A model generated the notes under the pieces. The model made no database searches, was not told where the DNA came from, and was given only the letters and a program-made list of their open reading frames with translations. The position numbers were made by a program, and so were the translations under genes. Shown here piece by piece: positions 39,501 to 54,500 of a DNA stretch of 64,000 bases (position 1 is its first letter; each line of letters opens with the position of its first letter). Origin of the DNA: Phoronis australis (lineage: Eukaryota; Animalia; Phoronida); assembly GCA_002633005.1 (NCBI GenBank), contig NMRA01000100.1, positions 697,475-761,474 of the forward strand, read 5' to 3'.

Positions 39501-42500
39501 AAGTGAACACCGGTACTTAATATTCCTTTAGAGTCGTGTGTATTTTGTTTTGTATGTATAAAATTTGACGTTTATAAAGGTTGCCTAAGTTTATTCAGCT
39601 TAAGGCGTACAACTTCAAAGAAAAATGTCTTGGCATGTTCAAGTTAATATGGAGAACAGAACTTTGTGATATCTAGAAAAGCAAAGATATCTTGGCTCTA
39701 TTTGAAAGTGCAGTCTGTTAAGTGTTCAATTTGTAACTGTCCTTTGGAAGCAAGGTTACAATTACCCTATTATAGTGTTACAAAACACAGATAAAATTTG
39801 AATCTAATACTGGAAATAAAACTTACTCAAGTTAGCGACGTTGCGTCCGTTTCTCACAGACTTAAGCTTGGCATCTGGTTAAAACGCGCCACCTATTAAC
39901 CAGAATAATAACATCAATAACCAAGCTGAAGTCCGTAAGAGACGGATGCAACGTTGCTAACTTTAGTAAGTTTTATTTCCAGTATTAGATTCAAATTTTA
40001 TCTGTTTTTTCTTGACTGAATGCCTCAAAATTTCCATGCTTTTATGTGACTTAACCTTAAGTACTGAGTGCGTCTCCACAGAAATGCAATCCCTACAGAC
40101 TTTAATCCATTCGACTGAAACGTCGTGACAGTGTAAATAGAGAAGATGTCAGTGTAAATAGACCAAAAGATTTTAATAATTTAGCAACATAGCAATTCCC
40201 ACCACTTCATCAAGGCATTTTGGTTTTTCAATTTTTGTTTAGTAGTCGGATATTTGACCAGTCTTGGCATCATTCTAGCTGGCGACCATCGCAAGCATCC
40301 CTAGTGGTTGACTTTCGAACTAAATCGTGTGTAGCCCCTATACCTTCAGTTTGCTCTTAACTGTCCAGTTTTTAACAAGGTTTATGACAGTGGCAACTGT
40401 TGGTTATACAAAATATAATTTGCCACTGTTGTAGCAATAATAAAACAAAACAACTTACAATGAGAGTGAACTGTGATCATAGTGGCTGGTAAGTAGTGGT
40501 TGTCAGCTAAAGTGCCCTTGTTTAACTTTTCATCACACAAAGCCAACTGTAATGCCCACACTGTCAAATGTGCTTGTTGTCAGTCACAAGATAGTGAAAG
40601 GTGAATCGGACTAGCTCTGTCATTGGGCGAGATTGCAGCCTCAGTTTTATGAATTTTGTAGTGTTTGTCCAAATGTGAACAGTTGCTCCATCAAACAATC
40701 TAACTAAAATATAGAAACACCCTCAAGTTTTCTGAAACTTTCTTTTCCTTGCTCTAGAAGGCTTGGTACTCAAGGATAATAATTATCGTTTGCATTACAT
40801 TTTGCAGTTATTTAAATTTCGATTGGTTGAAATTAGCTAAAAATGAAGTCAAACCCACACAAAATGTGAATCAAAACTAAATGGTCATAGACTTTTCTGG
40901 AATATGCTAAGTAAATGTAATGAACCAATATTTTGCTTGAGTGTTTGTTTGACTTAATGTGTAGTATAAACATATTACCAAAATTTTATGCAATTCGGAA
41001 GACATCTAATTTTCAGTTGTTGCATGATTTTCTCAGAAAATTGCTCTGAAAGGTTAGTAGTTTGTATTTCTAGCACGTTCATGATACCATACCTGTTGCA
41101 CAAGCAGCATTGAGTGCTTAGAAAATTAAAACACTGAGCTACAGAATTGGTCTCCGATTTAAACAATTAGTTTGGCTGTGTTGTATGTTTACAACACTGT
41201 TGTCTAAGACAACTAAATGTGACATTCCAAATATTACCACCATAACCTGTCAGACTCATCTGCTAATTTAACCATACCTGGTGTACTTTAATAGTACAAG
41301 GGGCACTTTGTAAGTACAGTCTGTCTGTGTACCTGTCGTATAGACTAACTCCAATACTTTAATTATTAGTAACTAATAACCTTAACTCAACAGTTTTTAT
41401 TTGAGTGTGTAACTTAATGTAAGCTGGTGCAAGCATTCCATTCTCTCTATTCACAAAATTTACCTAGTGAATCTGATTATGGTCATCATTTTTATGCGCC
41501 CACTTACTTATATGTGGGTACATATTGCTGTCATCTCTGTCTGGGCTTCCACCATCTGCAGCTGTATCTCCTAAACCCCTCACAGGATCTTGATGAGATT
41601 TGGCAGATGCGTTTTAAGTAGCTGATGACAGATGATGACGATTTAGACTGATCTGACTACCACTGTGTCCCCTAGTGGCAATTTCATTCTCTGAAATTCT
41701 TGGGTGGGTTTTCATGAAATTGGGCAAATAGATTCTATTCAAGGGACGACAACACCTTTCCATTTTCGGATGGCTTTGACGATTCTGTGCCACTTAGTGG
41801 CCATTTTTCAAATTTCCGAGTCATTTTTTTGCATCTGCAAATGCTATGTCTCATTAAAACTAAGTATTTGAATTCATAGCATTAGCTCCACCTAGTGACT
41901 TCCTGGAGAATTGTGTGTTAAAGAAAACACCACAACTGATACTCTTTAGAAAACAACCATACAAAAACCCTAATTCCAAATATTACGCAGTCATTATTTG
42001 ATAGTGGAATATCAAATAAAAACTGTGCCTTGTTTCATTAGGATAAAGACAATGCTTTACATATGAGCACAGCTGTGGAAATCACTTTCCCATTATATCC
42101 ATGTTCTCATTCACTCCCTTGTATACATTCACTAGTAAGACCGAGCTCGGAGGAATAGGAGACACCTTTGTGCATTGCTCGATTGTCAGCCAGTAAAGCC
42201 AGGATTCAAACCCGGGCCTCCCAAACTGGAGTTCAAAGCTTAAACCACTGAGCCACACTGTCTCCTCAACTGTGGGGGTTTCCCAGGGATTCCCATGTTG
42301 TCCTAAGAAATGTGAAAGAGAAGTGAGTGGATATGCCTAGAATTTGCACTACCTGAGACGCAAAACGGCATGATGTTTTATATTGTTCAAGGTGGCTGCA
42401 AAATGAAATTACATGCCTTCTTTGCAGTGAGTCTTCATCCGCCATGATGAAATATTACCATAAGCGTTTACATAAAAATAGTCTTGCAAAACGAGACTTT

Positions 42501-45500
42501 TACAAGATTGTAATGGTAACTGGTTCTCAGATGGTTTCTGGCCCACTGGAGGACCTTTTTTGTAAGTTAATACTTCATTTGCATAATTTCAGTTTAGTGA
42601 GATTAGAACTTCGTGATTTTTGGCAGATGTGTTTCTATAGAGCTGCAATGACGAGTTTCAGAACAATCCAATGATTGGTGTGCCCTGTAGTGGCAATTTT
42701 ATTTTTTTACGTTTTCCTCTGTATCTTCGGAGTTCCTTGATGGATTTTCAGCATAAAAGGTTTTAATAGGGAGGCGATGATGCCATTTCATTTTCAGACC
42801 TATTTGACGGATTGCTACTTGGTGGCCATTTTTGTTATTTTGGCATCCATTTTCTCCCTGTCTGCCATACTACAAACGGAAACGAGTGTTGAACTGTTTC
42901 AACTACCATTGTGACCTCTAGTGGCAAAATGTTTTTTATGTTTGCCTATGTATCTCCGGAGTTCATTCATGTATTTCGGCAAGCTGAGATTTGATGTTTT
43001 CTGGGCTACCCGGTGGCCAATTTTGTAATTTTTATGGCCATTTTCTGCTGTCCACCTCGCTATCTGCCATACGGCTTGAAGGATCATTATGAAAATGTAC
43101 ACATGTATTCCTGATGAGAAACCCACGACTGACGTTGACTTTCGCACATGTCCGACTGCTGTGTCGCCCTCTAGTGGCAATTTTGATTTGTTTGCGTCTG
43201 TGACCAAATCTTTTTAACCTTTGGAGGAGCTTTGTGAAATTTGAAAGATGTGTTCCTGGAGCCAATGACAAATGGTAACAAGTGTCAAACTGATCCAAAT
43301 ACCACTGTGCCCCCTATCTCACTATCTGCCAAACCACTCAAAGGATCCTTATGAAAATTGATGGTTGTGTTCCTAATGTGAAGATTTCAACTAATGTTGA
43401 TTTTTGACTATTCTTAGCACCCTGGGAGCAATTTTGCTTTTTTTGAGTGTACCACTGTATATCCATTACCCTTTGAAGGATCTTTAAGAAATTTGCCAGT
43501 AACAGAGTTGCAATAGATGACAATGAATTTCAGACCAATTGGGCTATAGCTGTGCCCCATAGTGTCAATTGTTTTTTACGTTTGCGTTAGGAATTCCGTG
43601 GCTTCCTATTTTCATGAAATTTGGCAAACAATTTTGTATTACAGAGATGGCACCACCTTCTCAATTCAGATGCGTCATTTTTATAATACTAAACTACACC
43701 ATTTCAACGCTCAGCATTGCTCTTGCACTGGAGATTAACAATGCTATTGAACTTCTTCTTTCTAAGTTTTTTCATTGCATGGTAGTTCTAATCAACTCCC
43801 TTGAATTTAGTTCAGTACATTTTTCAAAGTTCTCCCTCGCGTCATGTTTTTTACCATTGATTCATGCATTTCAAAAGCAGTGCAACGTTGTTGGAGAGGC
43901 AAATTACATTGACTATTTAATTATGTGGTCATTTTTCACTGAGCAATCAATTCACATGTGTAAAGCTGTGTACATAACCTGTATCAGAATGCAGTCATCA
44001 AAGTAATGCTCTCTATGACCATGCAGTCATCAAAGTAATGCTCTCTATGACCATGCAGTCATCAAAGTAATGCTCTCTATGACCATGCAGTCATCAAAGT
44101 AATGCTCTCTATGACCATGCAGTCATCAAAGTAATGCTCTCTATGACCATGCAGTCATCAAAGTAATGCTCTCTATGACCATGCAGTCATCAAAGTAATG
44201 CTCTCTATGACCATGCAGTCATCAAAGTAATGCTCTCTATGACCATGCAGTCATCAAAGTAATGCTCTCTATGACCATGCAGTCATCAAAGTAATGCTCT
44301 CTATGACCATGCAGTCATCAAAGTAATGCTCTCTATGACCATGCAGTCATCAAAGTAATGCTCTCTATGACCATGCAGTCATCAAAGTAATGCTCTCTAT
44401 GACCATGCAGTCATCAAAGTAATGCTCTCTATGACCATGCAGTCATCAAAGTAATGCTCTCTATGACCATGCAGTCATCAAAGTAATGCTCTCTATGACC
44501 ATGCAGTGCGGACAATAAATAGCCTTGTGAATTAAGTTGAGAATAAACGTTTATCAGTGTTGCTTAAATTACGACGTGCAAGAACTCGGCCATTTAGCGG
44601 TGAAACTTATGCATTATATTCATGTAAACCCTTTATTTTATACTTAGATGTGTAATATTAAATACCTTTTATTATTGCGATATTTTTTATTTTTTGCACT
44701 TTGTTAGAATTGTAGACATGACAATTATTATAATATTGGATTTGGCTTAATTTTGTGTATCATATATTTGCAATTTACTAATGCTGTCTATTGTGTGTTT
44801 ATGGTTTATTTGAATAGCAAGCATTTTCAGTCTTGAAATTTGTGATATTTGATGCAACAGTTTGCTGTTTGATTTAATTTGAGTGTGAACTTAAGTCTTC
44901 AATAACATGCTGTCTTTTGAGTGTCTTACTTAACTTACAACTGGTAACAACTAATTATAACTGTAATATGTACAGTAAACATTCTTCAATTTCAAGCTAA
45001 GTGGTGGACATGAGGAAACTTGTTTTATAAATAACTTTCTTCGTAAAATAAATTTGAAAATTTTATTCCATCATTAGACTGATACTGTACAGTTATCTCA
45101 AAACAATTTAGTAAAATTTTGAACAGCTTTTGAAAAATAGAAAATTATTTGCCAATTATGTTTGTGTGAAATTGAAGAGAGGTTACTGTATTTATAAATA
45201 TGTTCAGATATATGCTGCTGTTTTTGGCTTGTTTTGTATTCTTAAACCTTTGGTGTGAGACTCATATAAACTGCTTGTGGCGGTTGTGGTTCATTTTTAA
45301 CTAAAATGTTTCTATAAAGTAAACATTCCGTGCTTATAATTTGTAGTGACAGGTGAACTGTTAAAACCCACAAATTAAATCAGTTGCCATTCTGATTATG
45401 CTGTTACTGTTGTAAAGGCACACGCTCCTCAAAGCTTTAACATCTTTTTGCTGTAACTTTTCTACAGCTGTGCTGATCGCATAATTACACCTTAGTACAT

Positions 45501-48500
45501 TTTCCAGGGGAGGCAGTGAACTAGTAAGAGTGAGTTTCACTAGTTGTGGAGATGGTTTACAATCTCCTGCCAATCCCCAGTTTAACCAAACACCAGAGTT
45601 TACTGGGAGCAATACACTGACCAGTTAAATCAACTTGACTAATTGCTCTGTTTAACTTGGCAGGCTCTGGCAAATCCACTTGGCAATATGAGGAAGGGGA
45701 GACTATTGGAAGAAGAGGCCAAGATTGTCCAGATATTTCAGTTGACCTGTTGGCCCAATAGTCACAAGGTACCCTCCGATTGTCAAGCTCTGATGGAGTT
45801 AGTAAACATGGCAGAAAACTGGCAAAACATGGCCGCCGACCGCAACAGTCCCATCTGTGTCATGTCTAAGTAAGGCTCTGCACGTTTGTAATGTTATGCT
45901 GAAACCTGCTGAACTGGTTTATTCCACTGATCAGGTCTTCGTTAAATCTTTCAAACACTCCTTTTTTAATCTGTTCAGTGGGGACTTTTAAATGTACCCA
46001 GGTCTGTCAATGCCATAATTTCAGCTCCTAAAATGCATCTGTTTTATGTATGTTTTTAAAATTCAGTTGATAAAACGTGCCCGTATTTTGAGAACCAGTT
46101 GATGCCAGCAGTTATTCAATGGAGAAAACTGATTCTCAAAATGTGGGCAGGTTATGTCTCACTGTTATCCATTCAGTTGGTATTTAAGTCAACACTTGGT
46201 ATGGAGAAGTAGGCCTAACCGACATCATCCGATAGCCTGGGAGTTTACTGCAAGTCCCTATGTTTGTGACATTATCAACGAAAAAGTGATTTTCTTAGAT
46301 TAGTCTTGGTGTGGAATTGAACCTGCAACCCCTGCAGCCGCAGTCTATTAGGCACTGCTGGTGGGGATAGACCCCAACTGTACAAACGGCTGAGTATTTT
46401 AGCATTTTTTAACTGCTAACACACCAACCTTGGCACTCATCTACATAACGCTGTTGGGAATTGTTTCAACTGTTTCATTTTTACATAAATAGCTATACCT
46501 TCTCATACTGCCGTTTCATTTATACGCCCTTCTCCAAAACACCACTGCTGTTTTTAAAATGTGCATTAGGGGCTATCAAAAACGGGACTTCTTTGATTTG
46601 TATCAAAAAGCTCGGCAGCTGCGTAAAACGAAAACGAAATGATATTTTTAAGGTACAATTTGTTTTTGGAATCTCGACTTAATTATTTATATCAGATAAA
46701 ATGTCCTTGTTTTGCTGTCAATGTGCCGATATTTTTGCTAAAGTGTACTCTAAACACATGACCAAGTGGTCCAATTACTAGCTGATGGGTATGACGTAAA
46801 AAGTCATATTCCACAAGCTTTCTGCTTTCACAAAATGTCTACTTTTGGTGAGTTAAAATCAATGCTTTATGTACATGTAGATATTGGTATGAATGCATAA
46901 ACTTGTTAAGGTCCTAGTTCAACACACAAGAAAAGAGAAATCAAGCCCGTTGCAACTGCTGTTCTTTATGTTCCCGTCTCTACTGTGTAACTTGCTTGGG
47001 CAACACATAGGGATGACTTATGTACGCGTAGTGTCACAATCGAGTGCTTATCTGTGTGATTTCAATACTGTCCAAGAATACAGTGGAATTTGAATGTGGC
47101 AGCGTCTTGGGACAGTAATCCCAAAATGCGTTTTTCAGCTGCAAACGTATTAATGTAGCCTTAATGCTCATGTCTTGGATGTTACCATGTATTGGCATGT
47201 AATTGAGCACTTGTTTGCCAGCTAATTGATTGCATTGTGTTTTTACCATGTAGGAATGGAGTTAGTCGTGTGGGTCTATACTGTGCTATAAGCTATGCAT
47301 GTGAAAAGCTGAGATTTGAAGGAGAGGTGGACATCTTCCATGCAGTGAAGGTAGTCAAGATGAACCGTCCACAGCTTGTTGAGAACTTGGTACGAACTTA
47401 ATAATTACCGTGTTGTATTACATGTCAATTGTGCTTATCTTGCCAGTGAATGTCTGTCTTATGAGACCTATATGAGCATTATTGTCAAAGCTGTGTAAAC
47501 ATTTTAACATTGATCATTTAATTTTTGTAAAATTATTCAAGTTCTTAGTCATTAAACTAAAATTTTCCACCGATTTCCAATAAAAGTACAAAGAGTTTAC
47601 TGTTCAAATTGTTCTGCTGGCTTTCTTTCTGGTTGTCCATATTTTTTTTGTATCAACATTTACCTTATGTTGATCAAGTGTAAAGTTACTATAAATCTGC
47701 CTTCCATCCAAGTTTAACTTCTAATTCTTATGCGCCTTATGTGTCTGTGTTCGTGCGTGGGTGGGTGGGTGGGTGCGTTTTGTGGTTATATAGTTACAGG
47801 CGTCTACTCAATATTTCGAAAACCCTTGGCTGATCTGGATGAAATTTAGCAGAATGGTGTAAGACATCACTAGACCGGTTTGTGCCACTTTTCATTCTGC
47901 CACGCAACCTGAGGTCAGGGTGGTTGAGCATGACATATAGAGATTGGATTAACAAACTTCAATGAAACTTGACACAGAGGTGTAGGTTTTGGGTAGATTT
48001 GACCACTGCAGCACCTCTTGTGGCCATTTTGTTCACGATAAGGGGCTTTTAAAGTATTTGAATTTGTCAATCTCAGTATGGTGTGGAAAATATGTTGCAA
48101 ACATTTTAAGTCTTTAACATTTAAGTATTGTTTGGGGGGAGACCATTTCTGGATATAGAGAGCCACGAAACTTGACATGACTTAGAGGTATATGGTGACA
48201 ATGCACTTGAAATGACTTAGAGGTATATGGTCACAATGCACTTGACATGACTTAAGAGGTATATGGTGACAATGCACTTGACATGACTTAGAGGTATATG
48301 ATGACAATGCATTTGACATGACTTAGAGGTATATGATGACAATGCATTTGACATGACTTAGAGGTATATGATGACAATGCACTTGACATGACTTAGAGGT
48401 ATATGATGACAATGCACTTGACATGACTTAGAGGTATATGATGACAATGCACTGGCAACATTTTATTTTCGGTCTGATTCGACTACCGCTGCACCTCCTA

Positions 48501-51500
48501 CGAATTTTAAGTTTTCGTGTTCTGAGCTGTTGATTTCTCTTCGTCTTTTTTGCTCCAGGTTGAGTATGAGTTTGTGTATACATATGTGGACAAAGTATGC
48601 CAAAACCCAAGGTAGTGTCTTTGTTAGTTTGGCAATTGAAATGAATGGCTCATGGCTGCATCTAAGTTATGTGCTTGCTCAATGGTTTTGAGCTGGGTCT
48701 CATCTGGCTTGCATTGGAATGGATTAACTGTGACAGCAAATTTATTCCCCTACTGGCATTGCACTGTGCTTGCTTGTAGCTTTCTTAAGACACAGACCTA
48801 ACATCCGTAATCATCAACCTTATGGTAACCATGGTTTCCTCTAATTACTGAAAGTCTTATTGTAAAAATGCTGTTGAAACTTGGAAAACTTATAGAAAAC
48901 TAAAAAGGTAGGAAAAAACGTGTGAAAAAAGTCTAGTGAATAAAAAGCCATGGTGTTGTTGGTCATATCTTAAGTTCGTTCATCTCGGTGTGTTTGGCAG
49001 TGGTCATTTGCAGAACACTTTTTAAGGGAAAATATCTCATAGAAAATGAATTCTATCCTGTAAAACTCATGGAAAACGAGTTATATCCTTGAAAACCCAT
49101 GGAAAATGAGTTATTTCCTGGAAAAGTCATGGAAAATGAAATCACACTATTAGTGAGAATAACAAAGTCTGAACGTGAAGCCCAAAATTGGCTAAATCTC
49201 AAAAACCTAAGCGACGTGTTAGATTGAACAATTACTGTTCTTTTTAGATTGTTTGTCAGCATTCTTAACACTAGCTTTAATTCCAGAGTAGTGAGAAATG
49301 TTGCGAGTCAAAAGCATGTCAAATTAAGGTTGAGAAAGAGTTTTTGTTGTTGGATTATTAACAAAAGCCAGTTTTCAAACAAAACTAGCAAATATACTTA
49401 TGGATTGCTTGTGAAAAAACAAATTTAACAAAAATGATGCTTGTGGACATTTTTTTTCTTTAATAAACAGACAGGTGCAGGCTTCAATATTAGTGAGGCA
49501 CAGACCAGAACCAATTTAGCATTTGTTGCAGAAGTTATATTTAAACCTGAAGCACACCTGTGTTCTACACAAACATTTGCTTTCATTAAACAAACAGAAA
49601 ATGTTTCCTGAACTTTATAGGTGCTATAAACTCATTTGATTTGAACTGCTCTTGGAATGGGAGACTTTCACGAAGTAATAGAGAATTGTTACATGGGACT
49701 GAAGACTCAAATTGCCACCTAACTGTACCAGTAGTTACTTTGTCTTCGCCATGGATGGCATAAGGGAACAGTTTGACTTTGTGAAAGGACCCTTCTACAA
49801 TGTACCAGTATGTGGTTAGACGCGCTGTGTTTTAATCAAAAGTTACAAAGTGCCTCCTGGCTCTCTAGAGGTTACTGGTACCTAGTCCCACAGGACAAGT
49901 CGCCACGTTGATATTTGAAAATCTCCTATTGTTATTGAAATCGCATTTCATCAACGTGCCTTGTCAAAGTTGGTCAGATAACCAAAGTAATTATCTGTAT
50001 GGATAGGTGACCTTGAGAAACTACATAATCGTAATTTTGATTGAGTAGCTGTAATTACAATAAAGCTAATTAAAAATCCTCATTTACTTTAAAAGTTGAG
50101 CGCTGTGTAGTCTGTTGCATGAGACTTCAGTTTGAAATATAAAAATGTTGTTCTTCCTCTAAATTCAATTTTTTGCTACTGAATTTCAACGGCAGGTTTA
50201 TATTTGATTATCTATTGTAAGCTGTCGGCCACAGAATTGTTCTAACAGTCAACAGTTTTGATCAGTGGTGTTTGATGGAGTTAATCCAGCTCAGAAATGT
50301 TATTCCATGTTCTTATACTTTAAAATCACTTCAATTTTTGCCAATTAAGCAGTTATACAGAATTTGTTAAATGCACGACACTTTTCATTGTTCACAGTCT
50401 TTATTCCGTTACGTTCGTACTTTCGGAACAAAACTCTACTCTCAACTGAACATAGATACAGTAACTGACCTAGCGACCACACACAATATTTCGAAACATA
50501 CTTGTTTCATTCTCAAGTGAAGATAAAATGACGCAGTAATGCCACCATTAGAGTTTTGTTCTGAAAGTACGAACGTAACAGAATAAAGATTGTGAACAAT
50601 GAAAAGTGTCGTGCATTTAATAAATTCTGTATAATCGAAAACTTGCTCCCGAAGTACAGTCATTTAAGCAGTTACCATATGTGACCTTTTTTCAAGGGCT
50701 CCTAAAACTTTCAAATGCTTACAGTTGTCTTGATGTAGACTGGGATGTCTCAAAATGTGAATCACTTGTCTGGTGCTATTTATTATTTATTTAAAAACTA
50801 AAAAATAGAATTTCACCTGTCCGCCATATTTTGTTCTAAATTGGAGAAAGTCATGTGCATGCTATCAAATATCCTCGCTTAAAATGCAAATTATAAGCTG
50901 AGTTACGCATCCCGAAATTATCTGTGATGTCACCGGATATTTACGAGTCGACAGCCGTCTCTCAATGTGTTTGCAAAATGACAGCACCCCTGCTACTTGC
51001 CTTCCTGATAGAGTACAGTTCATAAATAATGTACGATGGCAAGGGGGTGATCAGGTACTAAGCAAAATGGACCCTACATCATCCATAACTCCAGCTGTCT
51101 TCTTGGCCTCTGTGCAATGAACAAAACATTTATTAACTGTAGTGTGCATGCTGACATTACCTCACCTAAGATAAAGTATCGATTAGCATTACCACTGCTG
51201 GCGCACACAAACTTTTTAAATTGCAGCTAACGCTTCTGGGCTGAGTTGCATAAAGCTTTAAAAGATATCCGCTGGATAAGTTTGATTGTTGCATGACGTC
51301 ATGTGCATTGTTCAACAATAACAACGTGTCGCGTGATAATGCGACGTCATTGTTGCTATACGGCGTATAACTTTTATGCAACTGGGCCCTGAAGGTTAAG
51401 TCCTTAATACTAACAAGTGCTCATGGGCATGTTATCAATCAAAACATTTTTTGAAACTCATTGATGTACTTCTGCTGTTTTGGAGCCACTTCTACTCTTG

Positions 51501-54500
51501 ACTGACCAATGATTTCCATGTAAATTGTGTCCGCCTTCTCCCAGTGATCTAACGCAACAACTCCAGGGCCCTGGTCCCAGGCTGTCTATTGAACGAGGTG
51601 TTCCTGGCTTTCAGCTGGTTTGCACCCCAATAGAACCACGAACTCGAGCACCCTCAAGTCTGCTGTCTCAAATGAGTGTCTTGTACCAAACACTTATTGA
51701 AGACAGCAGAGTTGAGTGTGCCTGAGTGTGCTAGAGTGAGTTATTGATTTGAGCAGGGCATTTGTGTGAGTGACAGCCGGGATTCTCTCCATGAATAGGC
51801 ATCACAGTATCAGATTTAAGTTATCTTACTAATCTTGCATGGCAGTTGGTACTTTAGGAACAACGGCAGAGACGGAAGCAATTTCCGCAGGTATCAGTTG
51901 GTGATCAACCTCCCAGTAGAATGAGCCAGGAGGCTCTACGTCAGGAGAAATCTTTTGGTGAATTTCCAAAATTGTTAATTTGTTCAAAAGTACTTCTGAA
52001 TGAATGAGCATGTCCAGCATCTATTAACAAATGTTCTAAACACTCAGTTTGGTAAAATGATAGATAAATAAATCTAAGTTGAATTTTTGGTTTATTTGTA
52101 AGTTAATGTTGAATTCGTGGCCTCCTAGTATGGTACTTAGCAGAATTATTACAATATACTCTGTTCATTTATCTGAGAATGTTAAGCATATTTACACCTT
52201 GGAGCAAACTTCTCTGGATGCTTCAATGTTTTTGTAAAGCTCAGTAACCATTCTGGAAGATGGAAAGGAACCTGTTTTTGTTTAACTGCAATATGCAGTA
52301 TTTATTGGGCTAATGGTTTTTCCATAGTTGAAACTAAATAAGAATAATTTGTAATAATTGCTATTTACTGAAATCCAGCAGGGCAAAGTTGTCTTATGCT
52401 TTTAGTTTGATGTTAAATTGCACAAATCTTATGTGCTTAAATAGCTCATTTTGGGTTGGGCTATTCTGCATTCCATAGGGGGTAATAAAACAATTGTTGT
52501 CAACCCAGGGCGATAAATCCTTTGCTAACCTGTTTTTAGTTACACAGTCCAACTGGGACAGTTGCATGACTAAGTGCAGGGTTCACAAAGAAGTACGGAC
52601 TTCCACTTCTCTTGCATGTCAACTTCAAAAGGCCTGTTGTATATGAAAGATACCCACAATTTACAACTGTCTACAAAATTCTAATCAGCAAAATTCTAAG
52701 GGACTAGCTACCCCCTCCAAGCCCAAATTGGCTCGCCATATTAAGTTGCGACATTATGCTAATTTTTGTCTCATTTCATAGCACATGTTAAATTTTCCTC
52801 TTATTTCACCCCCAATAAGTTAAATAAATTTTACAGATAGTCAGGATGTGCCAAATAAACTGATTGTACTGATCATAGTTGATATATATGCGAAGCCAAC
52901 TGAGTAACCAGGCATTGCTAACTGTTCACATGGGAATTTAAGGAAATACTGCCAACATTATTGTAATAACAGTAATTCAGTTACTTTATCCTGTTTCAGT
53001 ATAACTTTACCACATCAGTGGTGAAACAGTCTGTTGAGCATATGACTTGTAGTGACAGGACACTCAAAACTTTACCACATCAGTGGTGAAACGGTCTGTT
53101 GAGCATATGACTTGTAGTGACAGGACACTCAATACTTTACCACATCAGTGGTGAAACGGTCTGTTGAGCATATGACTTGTAGTGACAGGACACTCATTCA
53201 GGCCACGACCTCATTTTTACAACAGCATGAGATACCTGTATGACTGCGTGAATTATAGGGGTGAATATACAATGTTCAGACCTCACTGAATCAGTTAATA
53301 GATGTATATTGCTAGAATTAATGACAGGGCTTGCACTGATACTTTTTCAAAGTGGAAAACTGGCTGTGTGTGAATGAGGTGAGGCAAAAAATTCCATCAA
53401 GTAACCTCATGCGAAAAAAGTGGGAGACAAATTAGACAATTTTCCAAATAATTTTGGGTGTGTGAAATGAGGTGAGCGTGCGGAATAGGTGGATAATTAC
53501 TGTAGAGTTATGGGGCATCAAGATGAAACATTAAAGATAAAAGTTAATGGTGCACCATGAGTGGTTGTGTAAAAGCCAGTTCAAATGCGAAAATTCAAGG
53601 TAGGCAAAATGAATGAAGACACTGACCTCAACATAGGAAAATCAGTGAATCGGGAAATATAGTTAAATCACTTACGACATAGAAGGATATATTGTGCAAG
53701 GAAAGCATTGTTTTCAGAGGGATTTCAATCCTCAGTTTAAATCAGTGTTGGCTTTTCAGTAACCCATGTAAATTTCAAGGTTTTGCCAGAAATGGCTTTA
53801 AGGTTTACTCAACTGTAACTGAAAAACTAATTCATTGGTTCCCCAAATTTTTGTAGCTTTGTTGCAGGCCATGGCCAATGTATCAAAATTTGAAATAATT
53901 CAATGATAAATTAAAATTGTCAAACCTCAGTCCTTAATATATTGTCAGGCATTGATCTGTGGTGTCACATTGTAACTGATTGGCCATCAGTGTTGTTTTT
54001 CAAGCATGCCATCCAGTGGCATGTGTGACATTTGGTGACTGGCAAAGGTTTTCTTGTTCACTGCTAGCTGGCCATTCAGTATGATATATGGTAATAAAAT
54101 AAACAGTCAATTGATGTGTGTGTAGTATATCCACGTTGGTTTCCATTACAGTCTGAATATACCTACTGCTACACATTCTGTGTGAGAATGTTGGATGCCA
54201 TTATGGCCCAATCGGTGGCCAAACTGTCAAGCAAAACACGTGTTCCATCCGGAGCACCGCAGCCAGCTGTCAAACAGGTTGCCGCTCGTGCAATCAACGA
54301 CCCAGTGAAGACTTCGACACCTGGCGAAGGTGAGAAAGAGAAGGCTCTAGCGGACTACAAGGGCTTTGATCACTACAGCTTCATCGCGCAGCGTGTTGAG
54401 GAATACAGGCGGCAGCAGAAAGAGAGGGCACTGCAGTCTCACTCTCATGTCCACTACAGATTACCCGACAAGTATGACGAGGTGCCTGACATTGGCGGCA

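Noticed and set aside
43989-44507. CRISPR-like repeat arrays (also at 22816 and 48170)
   Set aside because: Head-to-tail repeats with no unique spacers, eukaryotic context and no cas genes.
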